Assembly: GCA_963712875.1 (NCBI GenBank)
Contig: CAVQJS010000001.1
Coordinates: forward strand, 57,085-121,084
From: an uncultured Actinomycetota bacterium
Lineage (GTDB): Bacteria > Actinomycetota > Actinomycetes > Propionibacteriales > Nocardioidaceae
DNA: 64,000 nt
Reading direction: 5' to 3'
Shown here: positions 1 to 10,463 of the stretch, one piece after another
Layout: every line of letters starts with the position of its first letter
How positions within the stretch are numbered: the stretch's first letter is position 1
The notes under the pieces: model-generated
What the model saw: only the letters and a program-made list of their open reading frames with translations
Database searches by the model: none
Told to the model about the DNA's origin: nothing
Position numbers and translations under genes: made by a program

Positions 1-403
1 TGGAGCGTGCCGTCGGGCGACGTGCCCTACGTCGTCGCTCAACTACGTCGACCGGATGGACCTCGCCTACGCCGCGGCCGACGCCGTGCTGTGCCGCGCG
101 GGCAGCAACACGGTCACCGAGGTGTCCGGCGTGGGCCTGCCCGCGATCTACGTCCCGCTGCCGATCGGCAACGGCGAGCAGGCCCTGAACGCCCGACCGG
201 TCGTCGACGCCGGCGGCGGCCTGCTCGTGGCCGACGCCGCGCTCACGCCGGAGTGGGTGGCGGCGACCGTGCCGGGCCTGCTGGCCGACCGCGCCCGCCT
301 CGACGCCATGGGCGCCGCGGCGAGGGGCGTCATCCCGCTCGACGCGGACGACAAGCTCGCCCGCATCATCGCCGACGCCGCAGGCTCGAGGACGGCCCGG
401 TGA
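1..403 (+). CDS. murG: MurG GlcNAc transferase, 3' part (truncated by window)
   Basis: [23 protein letters not shown]...[18 protein letters not shown] is the MurG C-terminal motif; lies directly before murC. Confidence 0.95.
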   Translation, partial: GACRRATCPTSSLNYVDRMDLAYAAADAVLCRAGSNTVTEVSGVGLPAIYVPLPIGNGEQALNARPVVDAGGGLLVADAALTPEWVAATVPGLLADRARLDAMGAAARGVIPLDADDKLARIIADAAGSRTAR

Positions 404-1825
404 GGATCCCCGTCCCCGACACGATCCTCCCCGCCGCCGAGCTGGGTCGCGTCCACTGCGTCGGCATCGGAGGAGCCGGCATCTCCGCGATCGCCCGCAT
501 CATGGCCGCGCGCGGCATCGCCGTCACCGGCAGCGACGACCACGACACGCCCTTCCTGCCGGCCCTCCGCGAGCTGGGCGTCACCTGCCACCTCGGCTAC
601 GCCGCCGACCACGTCGGTGACGCCGACACGCTCGTCGTCACCACCGCGGCCCGCGAGGACAACCCCGAGGTGCGTCGAGGCACGTCGTCGCGGACTGCGG
701 ATCCTGCCGCGCTCGGCCGGTCTCGCCGCGGTGATGGCCGACGCGCGCGTGCTCGCCGTCGCCGGCACCCACGGCAAGACGACGACGACCGGGCTGCTCA
801 CCTCGGCGCTGCTGGCGGCGGGCGCCGATCCGACGTACGCCGTGGGCGGGGTGCTCAGTGCCACCGGCCGCAACGCCGATGCCGGCACCGACGACCTCTT
901 CGTGGCCGAGGCCGACGAGAGCGACGGCGCCTTCCTGGTCTACCGGCCGCACGCCGCCATCGTGACCAACGTCGAGGCCGACCACCTCGACAACTGGGGG
1001 ACCGAGGAGGCCTACCACGCGGCCTTCGACGAGTTCGCCGACGACGATCGACCGCGACGGGTTCCTGGTCTGCGTGGTCGACGACCCGGGGGCCGCCGAC
1101 CTGGCCCGCGACCGCCCGCGTCGCGAGGGTCTCGAGGTCATCACCGTCGGGGAGTCCGACGATGCGACCTGCGGATCGTCGACCTCGCCCTCGACGGCTC
1201 GCACCTCGGTGTGCCGGGTGTGGCGCGACGGTGTCGAGCTCGGCGAGCTGCGGCTGCGCATCCCCGGCCGCCACTACGTCCTCGACGCGGTGGCCGCCCT
1301 CGCGATGGGACTCCAGCTCGGCTTCGGCTTCGACGACCTCGTCGCCGGGCTCGGGCGCCTTCACCGGCACCGGGCGCCGGATGGAGCTCAAGGGCGAGGT
1401 CGCCGGCGTCCGGGTCTTCGACTCCTACGCCCACCACCCCGTCGAGATCGGCGGCGACCTCGAGGCCGCGCGCGCGGTGGCCGGCAACGGCCGGGTGGTC
1501 GTCGCCTTCCAGCCCCACCTCGTCTCCCGTACCCGCATCTTCGGCGAGCAGATGGGGCAGGAGCTCGGCGCGGCCGACGAGGTCGTCGTCCTCGACGTCT
1601 ACGTCGCCCGCGAGGACGCCGACCCCGCCGTCACCGGGCGACTGGTCGCCGACGCCGTGCCGCTGCCGACCGACCGGGTCGTGTTCGTCGAGAGCCTCGC
1701 GGACGCCGCAGCCGCCCTGGCCGCGCGGGCGCGCCCCGGCGACGTGGTGCTCACCCTGGGTGCCGGCGACATCACCGGCGTCGGCCCGGTGGTCCTCGAC
1801 CTGCTCGGCCGCGAAACCCCGTGGA
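400..1825 (+). CDS. murC: UDP-N-acetylmuramate--L-alanine ligase (several apparent sequencing frameshifts)
   Basis: [44 protein letters not shown] and FQPHLVSRT motifs spread over three frames; GTG overlaps the murG stop; end approximate. Confidence 0.93.
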
Positions 1826-2570
1826 GCACTGAGTTGGTCGACAAGGAGGAGCGCGCCGAGCGGCGCACCCGTCACCGCTTCGTGCGCCGCCAGTGGACCC
1901 GACGCTGGCTGTCGTGGCGCTACGTCCTGGTCGCGCTCGGCATCCTCGCCCTGGTGGGCACCTCGATCTGGCTGGTGTTCTTCTCCGCGACGCTGCCAGG
2001 TCAAGAAGGTCGAGGTGGTCGGCAACGACCTCCTCTCCGATGCGCAGGTGCGCGCGATCGCCGACGTGCCGGTGGGCGAGCAGCTCGCTCTCGTCGACCT
2101 CGACCGCGCCACCTCGCCGCGTCGCCTCCCTCGCCGAGGTCAAGGACGTCGACGTCACGCGAGCCTGGCCCGACGGCGTACGCATCGAGGTCGAGGAGCG
2201 CACGCCCGTCGCCGTCGTCGAGCTGGCCGGCCGGCTCCGCGGGCTCGACGCCGACGGCGTGGTGTTCCGCGACTACAAGACCGTGCCCAAGGGCATGCCG
2301 CGGGTCCGTCCGACGACCGCGGCCGGCACCGACGCGCTGCGCGAGGCCGCCACCGTGGTCGCGGCGCTGCCGGACGACCTGGCCTCGCGTGTCGACCACG
2401 TCGAGGTGGAGACCATCGACCAGATCACGCTCGTCCTGCGCGACGGGCGTGAGGTGGTGTGGGGGAGCGCGGACGAGTCGACGCTCAAGGCCCAGGTGAT
2501 CGACCGGCTGCTCGCCGAGAAGGGCACCGTGTACGACGTCAGCGTGCCCGGGAGCCCGACGGTCCGCTGA
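1821..2570 (+). CDS. ftsQ: Cell division protein FtsQ/DivIB (frameshifted in this assembly)
   Basis: Basic N-terminus, one TM helix, POTRA segment (VKKVEVVGN...VDVTRAWPDGVRIEVEERTPVA), C-terminal YDVSVPGSP; between murC and ftsZ. Confidence 0.9.
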
Positions 2571-2687
2571 CGACGGCCAGGGCCCGGGGCAGCTGCGACG
2601 TCAGAAACTCTCGAAACACCGTCGTGGTGTGGCGTGTCGCCGCCGGGCGGGAAGGGCCGCGTGCCTATGGTCTTTCGAAACGCGAGG

Positions 2688-2725
2688 TTGACATAACTAT
2701 AACCCTCAGGTTCACGGTTAGAGTT
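2688..2725 (+). promoter_or_regulatory. ftsZ promoter with imperfect palindrome (candidate FtsR-type operator)
   Basis: TTGACA at 2688 followed by AACTATAACC-N11-GGTTAGAGTT in an AT-rich patch upstream of ftsZ. Confidence 0.6.
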
Positions 2726-2826
2726 CCGCGGCCCCGAGGGACAGGGATCGAACACCTCGCGCTTCCCCGAACTCAGCTCGATCACCCAGACACTCACAAG
2801 CCCCTTTTCGAGAAAGGCCCGCAGCC

Positions 2827-4001
2827 GTGGCAGCAGCGCAGAACTACCTGGCGATCATCAAGGTCGTGGGTATCGGTGGAGGTGGCGTCAACGCCGTCAA
2901 TCGGATGATCGAGGTCGGCCTCAAGGGCGTCGAGTTCATCGCGATCAACACCGACGCCCAGGCACTCCTCATGAGCGACGCCGACGTCAAGCTCGACATC
3001 GGCCGCGAGCTCACCCGCGGGCTCGGCGCCGGCGCCAACCCCGACGTGGGCGCCAAGGCCGCCGAGGACCACGCCGACGAGATCGAAGAGGTCATCAAGG
3101 GCGCCGACATGGTGTTCGTGACCGCCGGCGAGGGTGGCGGCACCGGCACCGGCGGCGCGCCCGTCGTGGCCCGCATCGCCCGCTCGCTCGGCGCCCTGAC
3201 GATCGGTGTCGTCACCCGCCCCTTCGCCTTCGAGGGCCGCCGTCGTGCCAACTCCGCGGAGGAGGGCATCAGCCAGCTCCGCGAGGAGGTCGACACCCTC
3301 ATCGTCATCCCCAACGACCGGTTGCTCTCGATCACCGACCGCAGCGTGTCGATCCTCGACGCCTTCAAGCAGGCCGACCAGGTGCTGCTGCAGGGTGTCT
3401 CGGGCATCACCGACCTGATCACGACGCCCGGCCTGATCAACCTCGACTTCGCCGACGTGAAGTCCGTGATGGCCAACGCCGGCTCGGCCCTCATGGGCAT
3501 CGGCTCGGCCCGCGGCGAGGACCGCGCGGTGCAGGCCGCCGAGATGGCCGTCTCCTCCCCGCTGCTCGAGGCGAGCATCGAGGGCGCCCACGGCGTGCTG
3601 CTCTCCATCGCCGGTGGCTCCGACCTCGGTCTCTTCGAGATCAACGAGGCCGCGGCCCTGGTGTCGCAGTCGGCGCACGCCGAGGCCAACATCATCTTCG
3701 GTGCGACCATCGACGACGCGCTGGGCGACGAGGTGCGGGTGACCGTGATCGCGGCCGGCTTCGACGGCGGCATGCCCAAGCGACGCACCGAGGGCAACGT
3801 CCTGCGACCGAACGTCCCGGTGCAGACCCAGGCCGAGACCCGGGCCGCCGCCCAGGAAGCTCGCGGGCTCCACGGGCCCGGCTTCGAGCGGCCCCCCGGC
3901 GGCGCCCCCGGCCCAGCAGGCCGCGACCCGTCGAGTTCCGGCAGACCAAGCAGGTCCAGTTCGACGACGACGACCTCGACGTGCCGGACTTCCTGAAGTA
4001 G
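2827..4001 (+). CDS. ftsZ: Cell division protein FtsZ (indel in the C-terminal linker)
   Basis: [17 protein letters not shown] and [10 protein letters not shown] motifs; conserved tail [12 protein letters not shown] lies in another frame ending TAG 3999-4001. Confidence 0.98.
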
Positions 4002-4004
4002 CAC

Positions 4005-4685
4005 GTGTTCGGTTTCCGCGATTCGCGTGAGGGCGACGTCCGGGTGGACGTCGCCTTCACCGATTCCTCCCTCGACCTCCAGGGCCTGCATCCCGAGTTC
4101 CCCGCACGCCTGGCCGGGTCGAGGCCGAGGTCGGCGTGCCGCTTCGCCCGCCTGTCCCAGGTGCACGGCGACGAGGTGCTGGTGGTCGACGCGCCCATGC
4201 GGCTCGGCGAGGTGCCCAACGGCGACGCCCTGGTCACGACGACGCGAGGGCTGGGCCTGATGGTCCGCGTGGCCGACTGCGTGCCGGTGGTGCTGGCCGA
4301 CGTCGCGGCCGGCGTCATCGGCGCCGTCCACTCCGGACGCCCGGGCACGGCTCTCGACATCGCCACCCGCACCGTCGAGGTGATGCGCGAGCACGGGGCC
4401 GTCGACCTCGTGGCCTGGATCGGCCCCCACGTGTGTGGCTCCTGCTACGAGGTGCCCGAGCCGATGCGCGAGCAGGTCAGCGCGGTCGTCCCCGAGACCT
4501 TCGCGGAGACCTCGTGGGGCACGCCCGCCCTCGACATCGGCGCGGGCGTCCGTGCCCAGCTCGAGCGCGCCGGGGTCGAGGTCGTCGACGTGGCCGGCTG
4601 CACCCTCGAGGAGTCGTCGCTCCACTCCTACCGCCGCGACGGCGCCGACGCCGGGCGCTTCGCGGGACTGGTGTGGATGTCATGA
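4005..4685 (+). CDS. pgeF: YfiH/PgeF family protein
   Basis: QVHG, VADCVPV, AVHSGR, CYEV and HSYRRD motifs; follows ftsZ. Confidence 0.9.
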   Translation: MFGFRDSREGDVRVDVAFTDSSLDLQGLHPEFPARLAGSRPRSACRFARLSQVHGDEVLVVDAPMRLGEVPNGDALVTTTRGLGLMVRVADCVPVVLADVAAGVIGAVHSGRPGTALDIATRTVEVMREHGAVDLVAWIGPHVCGSCYEVPEPMREQVSAVVPETFAETSWGTPALDIGAGVRAQLERAGVEVVDVAGCTLEESSLHSYRRDGADAGRFAGLVWMS

Positions 4686-5380
4686 CCCGGCTCGACGAGC
4701 TGCGCGCCAACCTCGACGTCGTACGTCGTCGCATCGCCGGCCGCGACCGAGTCGGCCGGTCGCACCGACGAGGTCGGGCTCGTCGTGGTCACCAAGTTCT
4801 TCCCCGCCTCCGACGTCCGCCTGCTCGCCGACCTCGGCGTCACCGACGTGGGGGAGAACCGGCACCAGGAGGCCGCGGCCAAGGCTGCCGAGTGCGCCGA
4901 CCTGGGCCTGCGCTGGCACTTCATCGGCGGCCTGCAGTCCAACAAGGCCGCGGCCGTCGCGTCGTACGCCGATGTCGTCGAGTCGCGTCGACCGACCCAA
5001 GCTGGTCGGCCCCCTGTCGCGTGGCGCACACGGACGCGGCCATGAGGTCGACGTGCTGCTGCAGGTCAGCCTCGACCCGCCGGGTGCCGACCACCGGGCC
5101 GGGGTCGACCCGGCTGCGCTGGCCGACCTCGCCCAGCGGGTCGAGGAGGCGGGCATGCTCCGGCTGCGCGGCCTGATGGCGGTCGCACCGCTGGGGGAGG
5201 AGCCGGAGGGTGCCTTCGCGCGGCTCGCCGGGATCCGCGCCGGCGTTCCTCGAGGAGCACCCCGGGGCGACCGTGCTGTCCGCAGGCATGAGCGGCGACC
5301 TCGAGGCGGCGATCGCCCACGGCGCGACACACGTGCGTGTCGGCTCTGCGGTCCTCGGTCCGAGGCCTGCCGTCCAGTAA
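4682..5380 (+). CDS. yggS: YggS family PLP-binding protein (frameshifted)
   Basis: VVTKFFP, GENRHQE, WHFIGGLQSNK, LRGLMAVAP and SAGMSGDLEAAIAHGATHVRVGSAVLG across frames. Confidence 0.92.
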
Positions 5381-5441
5381 TGTCCAGATCAGTCAAGCGG
5401 TGCCCGGACCCGGGTGCCAGGCCTAGCGGAGGATCAGTCTC

Positions 5442-5926
5442 ATGAGCGGCGCGATGCGCAAGATCGGCGAGTACCTCGGCCTGCTCGAGGACACCGGCCA
5501 GTACGACGACTTCGACGGCGACCCGAGACCACGACCCACGACGCGGTCGACGAGCGCCCGGTCGCGCGCGAGCGCCGTCCCGCCCCCGTGTCCGACCTCT
5601 CCGAGCGCCGTCGTCCGGCCTCGGTCCCGCCTGGAGTCGTTGCCGAGTTGAGCCGCATCACCACCCTGCACCCGCGCAACTACAACGAGGCGCGCCTCGT
5701 CGGGGAGAACTACCGCGACGGCACGCCGGTGATCATGAACCTCTCCGAGATGGACGACAACGACGCCAAGCGTCTCGTCGACTTCGCCGCAGGTCTGATT
5801 TTTGCCACGCGTGGCAGCATCGAGCGCGTGACCAACAAGGTCTTCCTGCTCTCACCGCCCAACGTCACGGTTGCCGCCGAGGACAAGGAGCGGATCGCTG
5901 AGAACGGGTTCTTCAACCAGAGCTGA
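5442..5926 (+). CDS. sepF: Cell division protein SepF (one indel)
   Basis: [15 protein letters not shown]-terminus; [13 protein letters not shown]...[12 protein letters not shown]-domain. Confidence 0.93.
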
Positions 5927-5929
5927 CCC

Positions 5930-6223
5930 GTGGCCATTCTTGGACAGATCCTCGTCATCTTCCTGCTCGTCTTCATCGCGTTCCTGTGGGTCCGGTTCGT
6001 CGTCGACTGGGTCCAGGTGTTCGCCCGCCAGTGGTCGCCGCGCGGCCCGCTGCTGGTGGTGCTCGAGGGCGTCTACACCGTGACCGACCCGCCGATCAAG
6101 GCGCTCCGCCGGGTGATCCCGCCGCTGCGGATCGGCTCGGTCGCCCTCGACCTGAGCTTCCTGCTGGTCATGGTCGGCGCCTGGCTCCTGCTCAGCGTGG
6201 TCCGCACCATATTCAGTCTGTGA
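5930..6223 (+). CDS. yggT: YggT family membrane protein
   Basis: VYTVTDPPIKALRRVIPPLRIGSVALDLS motif; dcw synteny. Confidence 0.92.
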   Translation: MAILGQILVIFLLVFIAFLWVRFVVDWVQVFARQWSPRGPLLVVLEGVYTVTDPPIKALRRVIPPLRIGSVALDLSFLLVMVGAWLLLSVVRTIFSL

Positions 6224-6324
6224 ACCACCAGCCACACGGGTCACTGGCCCTGCGCGGCGTCGGGCGCTATTGTCTCCTGACAGCGAATCACCGGTTATGT
6301 CGACGTGAAAGTTTGGGTGAGGTC

Positions 6325-7067
6325 ATGCCGCTGACGCCTGAGGACGTGAGCAACAAGCGCTTTACACCTGTCCGACTCCGCGAGGGGTACGACATGGGCG
6401 AGGTCGACCAGTTCCTCGACGAGGTCGAGGCTGAGCTCGCCAGGCTCACCAAGGAGAACGACGACCTCCGGTCGAAGCTCTCGGCTGCCCAGACCTCAGG
6501 CTCGTCGTCGTCTGCTCCCGCGTCGTTCGCCCCGGTCGTCACGCCCGAGCCGAGCCGAGCCGGAGACGTGAGCCCGAGCCGGCCCCCGTTGCTGCCGCCG
6601 CTCCCGTCGAGGCGCCGCCGGTCCGCAACATCGCGGAGGCCTCCAACGCCGCCGCGCGCCTGCTCGAGATCGCCACGCGCAATGCCGACGAGCTCGTCGA
6701 GGAAGCCAAGAACGAGGCCGACAGGATCGTCGGCGCTGCCCGCACCAAGTCCGAGCGCGTGGAGACCGAGTCCAAGACCAAGGCCGACCGGCTCGAGGCC
6801 GACGCGCGTCAGCGTTCGCAGATGCTCGACTCCGAGACCGCCGAGCGTCGCCAGCAGATGTTCGGTGACCTGGAGAAGGAGCGCGACAAGCTCAACGGCG
6901 ACGTCGAGACGCTCCGCTCGTTCGAGCGCGAGTACCGCTCGCGCCTCAAGACCTACTTCACCCAGCAGCTCGAGTCCCTCTCCAACGGCTCGGACAGCCA
7001 GGCGCCCGCCGACGGCAACCCCGGCCCGAAGCGACTGCGCTCGGTCCTCGGCGAGGACGACAACTGA
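6325..7067 (+). CDS. divIVA: DivIVA/Wag31 polar growth protein (indel in linker)
   Basis: MPLTPEDVSNKRFTPVRLREGYDMGEVDQFLD; C-terminal coiled coil LRSFEREYRSRLKTY. Confidence 0.95.
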
Positions 7068-7082
7068 TCCACTGATCTGCAC

Positions 7083-7111
7083 GAACGGCCGGCCGCCGGG
7101 GCCGGCCGTTC
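7083..7111 (+). terminator. Hairpin after divIVA
   Basis: GAACGGCCGGCC-loop-GGCCGGCCGTTC inverted repeat 16 nt after the stop. Confidence 0.6.
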
Positions 7112-7215
7112 CTGCATTTCGGCGAGCCGCTGTTGGTTCGTCACCGGGCAGGGACTACCCTCCCTGCCACCATGTGGCTTCGGCCACACAGCCGCTCGCT
7201 TGGAGGCTCTCGCCC

Positions 7216-8190
7216 ATGGCTCGCAGTACGCGCACTTCCCTGGCCGGCACTGCAAAGGCTGCCGCGAAGAAGGTCATCGGTCGCCGCAGCTCCGCTGCCA
7301 AGGCCGAGCCGGCACCCGCGAAGAAGCGGCGCCCGCGAAGAAGGCGGCCCGGCGAAGAAGGCCGCGCCCGCCAAGAAGGCGGCACCGGCGAAGAAGGCGG
7401 CACCGGCGAAGAAGGCGGCACCGGCGCAAGAAGGCAGCGCCGGCGGCCGCGAAGAAGGCGGCTCCGGCCAAGAAGGCGGCACCGGCGAAGAAGGCCGGCA
7501 CCGGCGAAGAAGGCGGCACCGGCCAAGAAGGCGGCCCCGCCAAGAAGGCAGCACCGGCGCAAGAAGACAGCACCCGCGAAGAAGGCGGCACCGGCGGCCA
7601 AGAAGGCGGCACCGGCCAAGAAGGCAGCACCGGCCAAGAAGGCACCCGCGAAGAAGGCAGCACCGGCGCGCAAGAAGGCAGCACCGGCGGCCAAGAAGGC
7701 AGCACCGTCCCATAAGGCAGCGCCCCTGACCCAGGCGGCGCCCGTGAAGAAGGCGGCATCCGTGAAGAAGGCAGCACCCGCCAAGAAGGCGACGCCCGCC
7801 AAGCTCGTCGTGCTGGAGGGCGAGGCGGCGTGGACCCGCGGCGAGCTCAACGAGGTCCTCAAGGAGCTGCACGAGCACCGCGATCGCCTCAGCGTGGCGC
7901 TGGGAGAGTCGGAGCGGGAGCTGGCCGGGCTGATGCGCGACGCCGGTGACGGGGCGGGCCAGGACCAGGCCGACCTCGGCGCGACGTCCTTCGAGCGCGA
8001 CCACGAGCTGACCGTTCTCGCCAACGAGCGCGAGATGCTGGCGCAGATCGACCGCGCGTTGGCGCACATCGACGACGGCACGTACGGCGTCTGTGACTCC
8101 TGCGGCAACGCCATCGGCAAGAATCGGCTGATGGCTTTCCCGCGTGCCACACTGTGCATGTCATGCAAGCAGCGCGAGGAGCGTCGCTGA
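7216..8190 (+). CDS. Histone-like PAKK-repeat protein with C-terminal DksA/TraR C4 zinc finger (DdbA-like)
   Basis: MARSTRTS..., repeated PAKKAA, then GDGAGQDQADLG...GTYGVCDSCG..I...RL.AFPRATLCMSCK. Confidence 0.88.
   Translation: MARSTRTSLAGTAKAAAKKVIGRRSSAAKAEPAPAKKRRPRRRRPGEEGRARQEGGTGEEGGTGEEGGTGARRQRRRPRRRRLRPRRRHRRRRPAPAKKAAPAKKAAPPRRQHRRKKTAPAKKAAPAAKKAAPAKKAAPAKKAPAKKAAPARKKAAPAAKKAAPSHKAAPLTQAAPVKKAASVKKAAPAKKATPAKLVVLEGEAAWTRGELNEVLKELHEHRDRLSVALGESERELAGLMRDAGDGAGQDQADLGATSFERDHELTVLANEREMLAQIDRALAHIDDGTYGVCDSCGNAIGKNRLMAFPRATLCMSCKQREERR
7313..7803 (+). repeat. Coding tandem repeat, ~18-21 bp units (CCGGCGAAGAAGGCGGCA) encoding PAKKAA
   Basis: More than 20 degenerate head-to-tail units without spacers. 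Confidence 0.9.
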
Positions 8191-8725
8191 ACTCCAGCGA
8201 CCAGGTCGATCCCGACCCAGCCACTCGGCGCACCCGTGCACCGCGAGTCGCTCTTCGCATCGGTGGCCCTGCGGCGTCTACGCTGCTCGACCTCGTCTCG
8301 AAGCAGTGGGCCCTCAGTGCGCTCGAGGACGGCGACATCCCGGTGCTCGGTGACCTCCTCACCCTGCACCTGACGTTCAACCCCGGTGCCGCCTTCAGCA
8401 CCGGCACCGACTTCACGATCGTCTTCACGCATGCCTGGCCATGGTCGGCGGTCGTCGTGGTGCTCTGGCTGAGCCGCCGACTCGGCAGCACCGGCTTGGG
8501 CACTGGCTCTCGGTTTCCTGCTCGGCGGCGTCGCCGGCAACCTGACCGACCGGATCGTGCGCGAGCCCGAGCCGTTCCACGGCCACGTCGTCGACTTCCT
8601 GATGCTGCCGAACTTCCCCGTCTTCAACATCGCCGACATGTGCATCAACGTCGCGGCGGGCCTGATCATCCTCCAGACGTTCCGCGGCATCCATCTCGAC
8701 GGCTCGCCGCGAGTCGGCGTCGTGA
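8163..8725 (+). CDS. lspA: Lipoprotein signal peptidase II (frameshifted)
   Basis: DLVSKQWA, FNPGAAFS, GGVAGNLTDR and GHVVDFL...FPVFNIADMCI motifs; ends approximate. Confidence 0.92.
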
Positions 8726-9657
8726 GCGAGCAACGTGACGGTCGTTCGTCCCCGACGGTCTCGCCGGTGAGCGGGTCGACACGGCGATGGCGCGGATGTT
8801 CGGCTTCTCCCGCACCCGGGCCGCCGACCTGATCGCGGAGGGTCACGTGCAGGTCGATGGCGGTCGTCGTCACCAAGAGCGACCGCGTGCACGGTGGCGC
8901 GATGCTCGACGTCCTGATCCCTGCCGTGAACGATCCGCTGGAGATCAAGCCCGAGATCGTCGAGGGCATCCGGATCATCCACGACGACGACGCGATCGTC
9001 GTGATCGACAAGCCCGTCGGGGTCGCCGTACACCCCTCACCCGGCTGGTCCGGGCCCACCGTCGTCGGGACACCTCGCCGGCGCGGGCTTCCGCATCTCC
9101 ACGAGTGGTGCCAGCGAGCGGCAGGGCATCGTCCAGCGTCTCGACGTGGGCACCTCCGGCGTGATGGTGATCTGCAAGTCCGAGCGCGCCTACTCCGTGC
9201 TCAAGAACGCCTTCCGCCACCGCACGGTCGACAAGACCTACCACGCCCTCGTCCAGGGGCACCCCGATCCGCTGGCCGGCACCGTGGACGCCCCGATCGG
9301 GCGACACCCCAACCACGACTACAAGTTCGCGGTCATGGGCGACGGACGGCACAGCATCACCCACTACGAGACGCTCGAGGCGCACCGCTTCGCCAGCCTG
9401 CTGGAGGTGCGCCTCGAGACGGGTCGCACCCACCAGATCCGGGTGCACATGAGCGCGCTCAAGCACCCGTGCGTGGGTGACCTGACCTACGGTGCCGACC
9501 CGACACTCGGCCAAGCGGGTCGGCCTCGCAGCGCCAGTGGCTGCACGCGATGCGCCTGGGCTTCGAGCACCCGGAATCCGGCGACCACGTGATCTATGAG
9601 TCGACCTACCCCGATGACCTCGCGCACGCCCTCGAGGTCATCCGGGATGAACACTGA
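8722..9657 (+). CDS. rluD: RluA/RluD family pseudouridine synthase (frameshifted)
   Basis: S4 domain, [24 protein letters not shown] and [12 protein letters not shown] motifs. Confidence 0.92.
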
Positions 9658-10374
9658 CGCCATGCCCGTCGACGTCCTCCTGCGGCCCGCGACGGCGGGG
9701 GACCTCGGGGTGCTCGCCGACGTGCACCTGGCGTCTCGCCGCGCCGCCGGTCCGGCGTTCCCGCCGGGCGTCCACACCCCCGACGAGGTGCGCGACTGGG
9801 TCGCCGGCTGGGACCTCGACGACGTACGACGTCTGGGTGGCGGTGTCGCTCGACCGGGTCGTCGGCTACGCGAGGTGCACCCCGACCTGGCTGGACGACC
9901 TCTACGTCCTGCCGGGTGCGCAGGGCCGGGGCATCGGCCGCGCCCTGCTGGACCGGGTCAAGGCCGAGCGGCCCGACGGCTTCGGGCTCTGGGTCTTCGA
10001 GACCAACGGCGCCCGCCCGCGACTTCTACGCCCGCCACGGCTTCGTCGAGCTGGAGCGCACGGACGGCTCGGCCAACGAGGAGCAGTCGCCCGACATCAA
10101 GATGGTCTGGCCGGGCAACGAACCGCTGGCCTGCTTCCGGTCGATGATCGACGACGTCGACCTCGTCCTGGGCGACGTCCTGGCCCGCCGCACCGCCCTC
10201 ACCCGCGCCGTACAGGCCGTGAAGCCCTCCACCCAGCGCGATGCCGTCCGGGAGGCGGAGATCGCGCGCCGGGTGGCCGCGGTCGCCCCCGAGCTGGGCG
10301 AGGAGCGGGTCGCCCGCATCGTCGACGCCATCATCACCGAGTCGCTCGACGCCGCCCGACAGCCGCCTGGCTGA
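9647..10374 (+). CDS. GNAT acetyltransferase fused to an AroQ/chorismate mutase type II-like domain
   Basis: LDDLYVLPGAQGRGIGRALL...LWVFETN..ARDFYARHGF, then in-frame FRSMIDDVD...LARR...VK...RDAVREAEI; two indels in the GNAT part. Confidence 0.75.
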
Positions 10375-10463
10375 CCCGGGCTCGCCGGGTGCTGGGATGC
10401 GCGGCTGTCGATGCCGCCACGGTGGAAAGGAGCACGACACCACCCCGCGCGGCAGGATGGCCC

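Noticed and set aside
7-2499. 830-aa ORF appearing to fuse MurC and FtsQ
   Set aside because: Removing one G near 1823 restores a GTGA stop/start overlap; the ORF is a patchwork of frames caused by indels
7313-7803. Repeat array as CRISPR or non-coding repeat
   Set aside because: No unique spacers and no cas genes; units encode PAKKAA inside a CDS
5986-8190. 734-aa ORF appearing to fuse DivIVA and DksA
   Set aside because: DivIVA's own C-terminus and stop (7067), a hairpin and a separate start at 7216 are present; artefact of an indel
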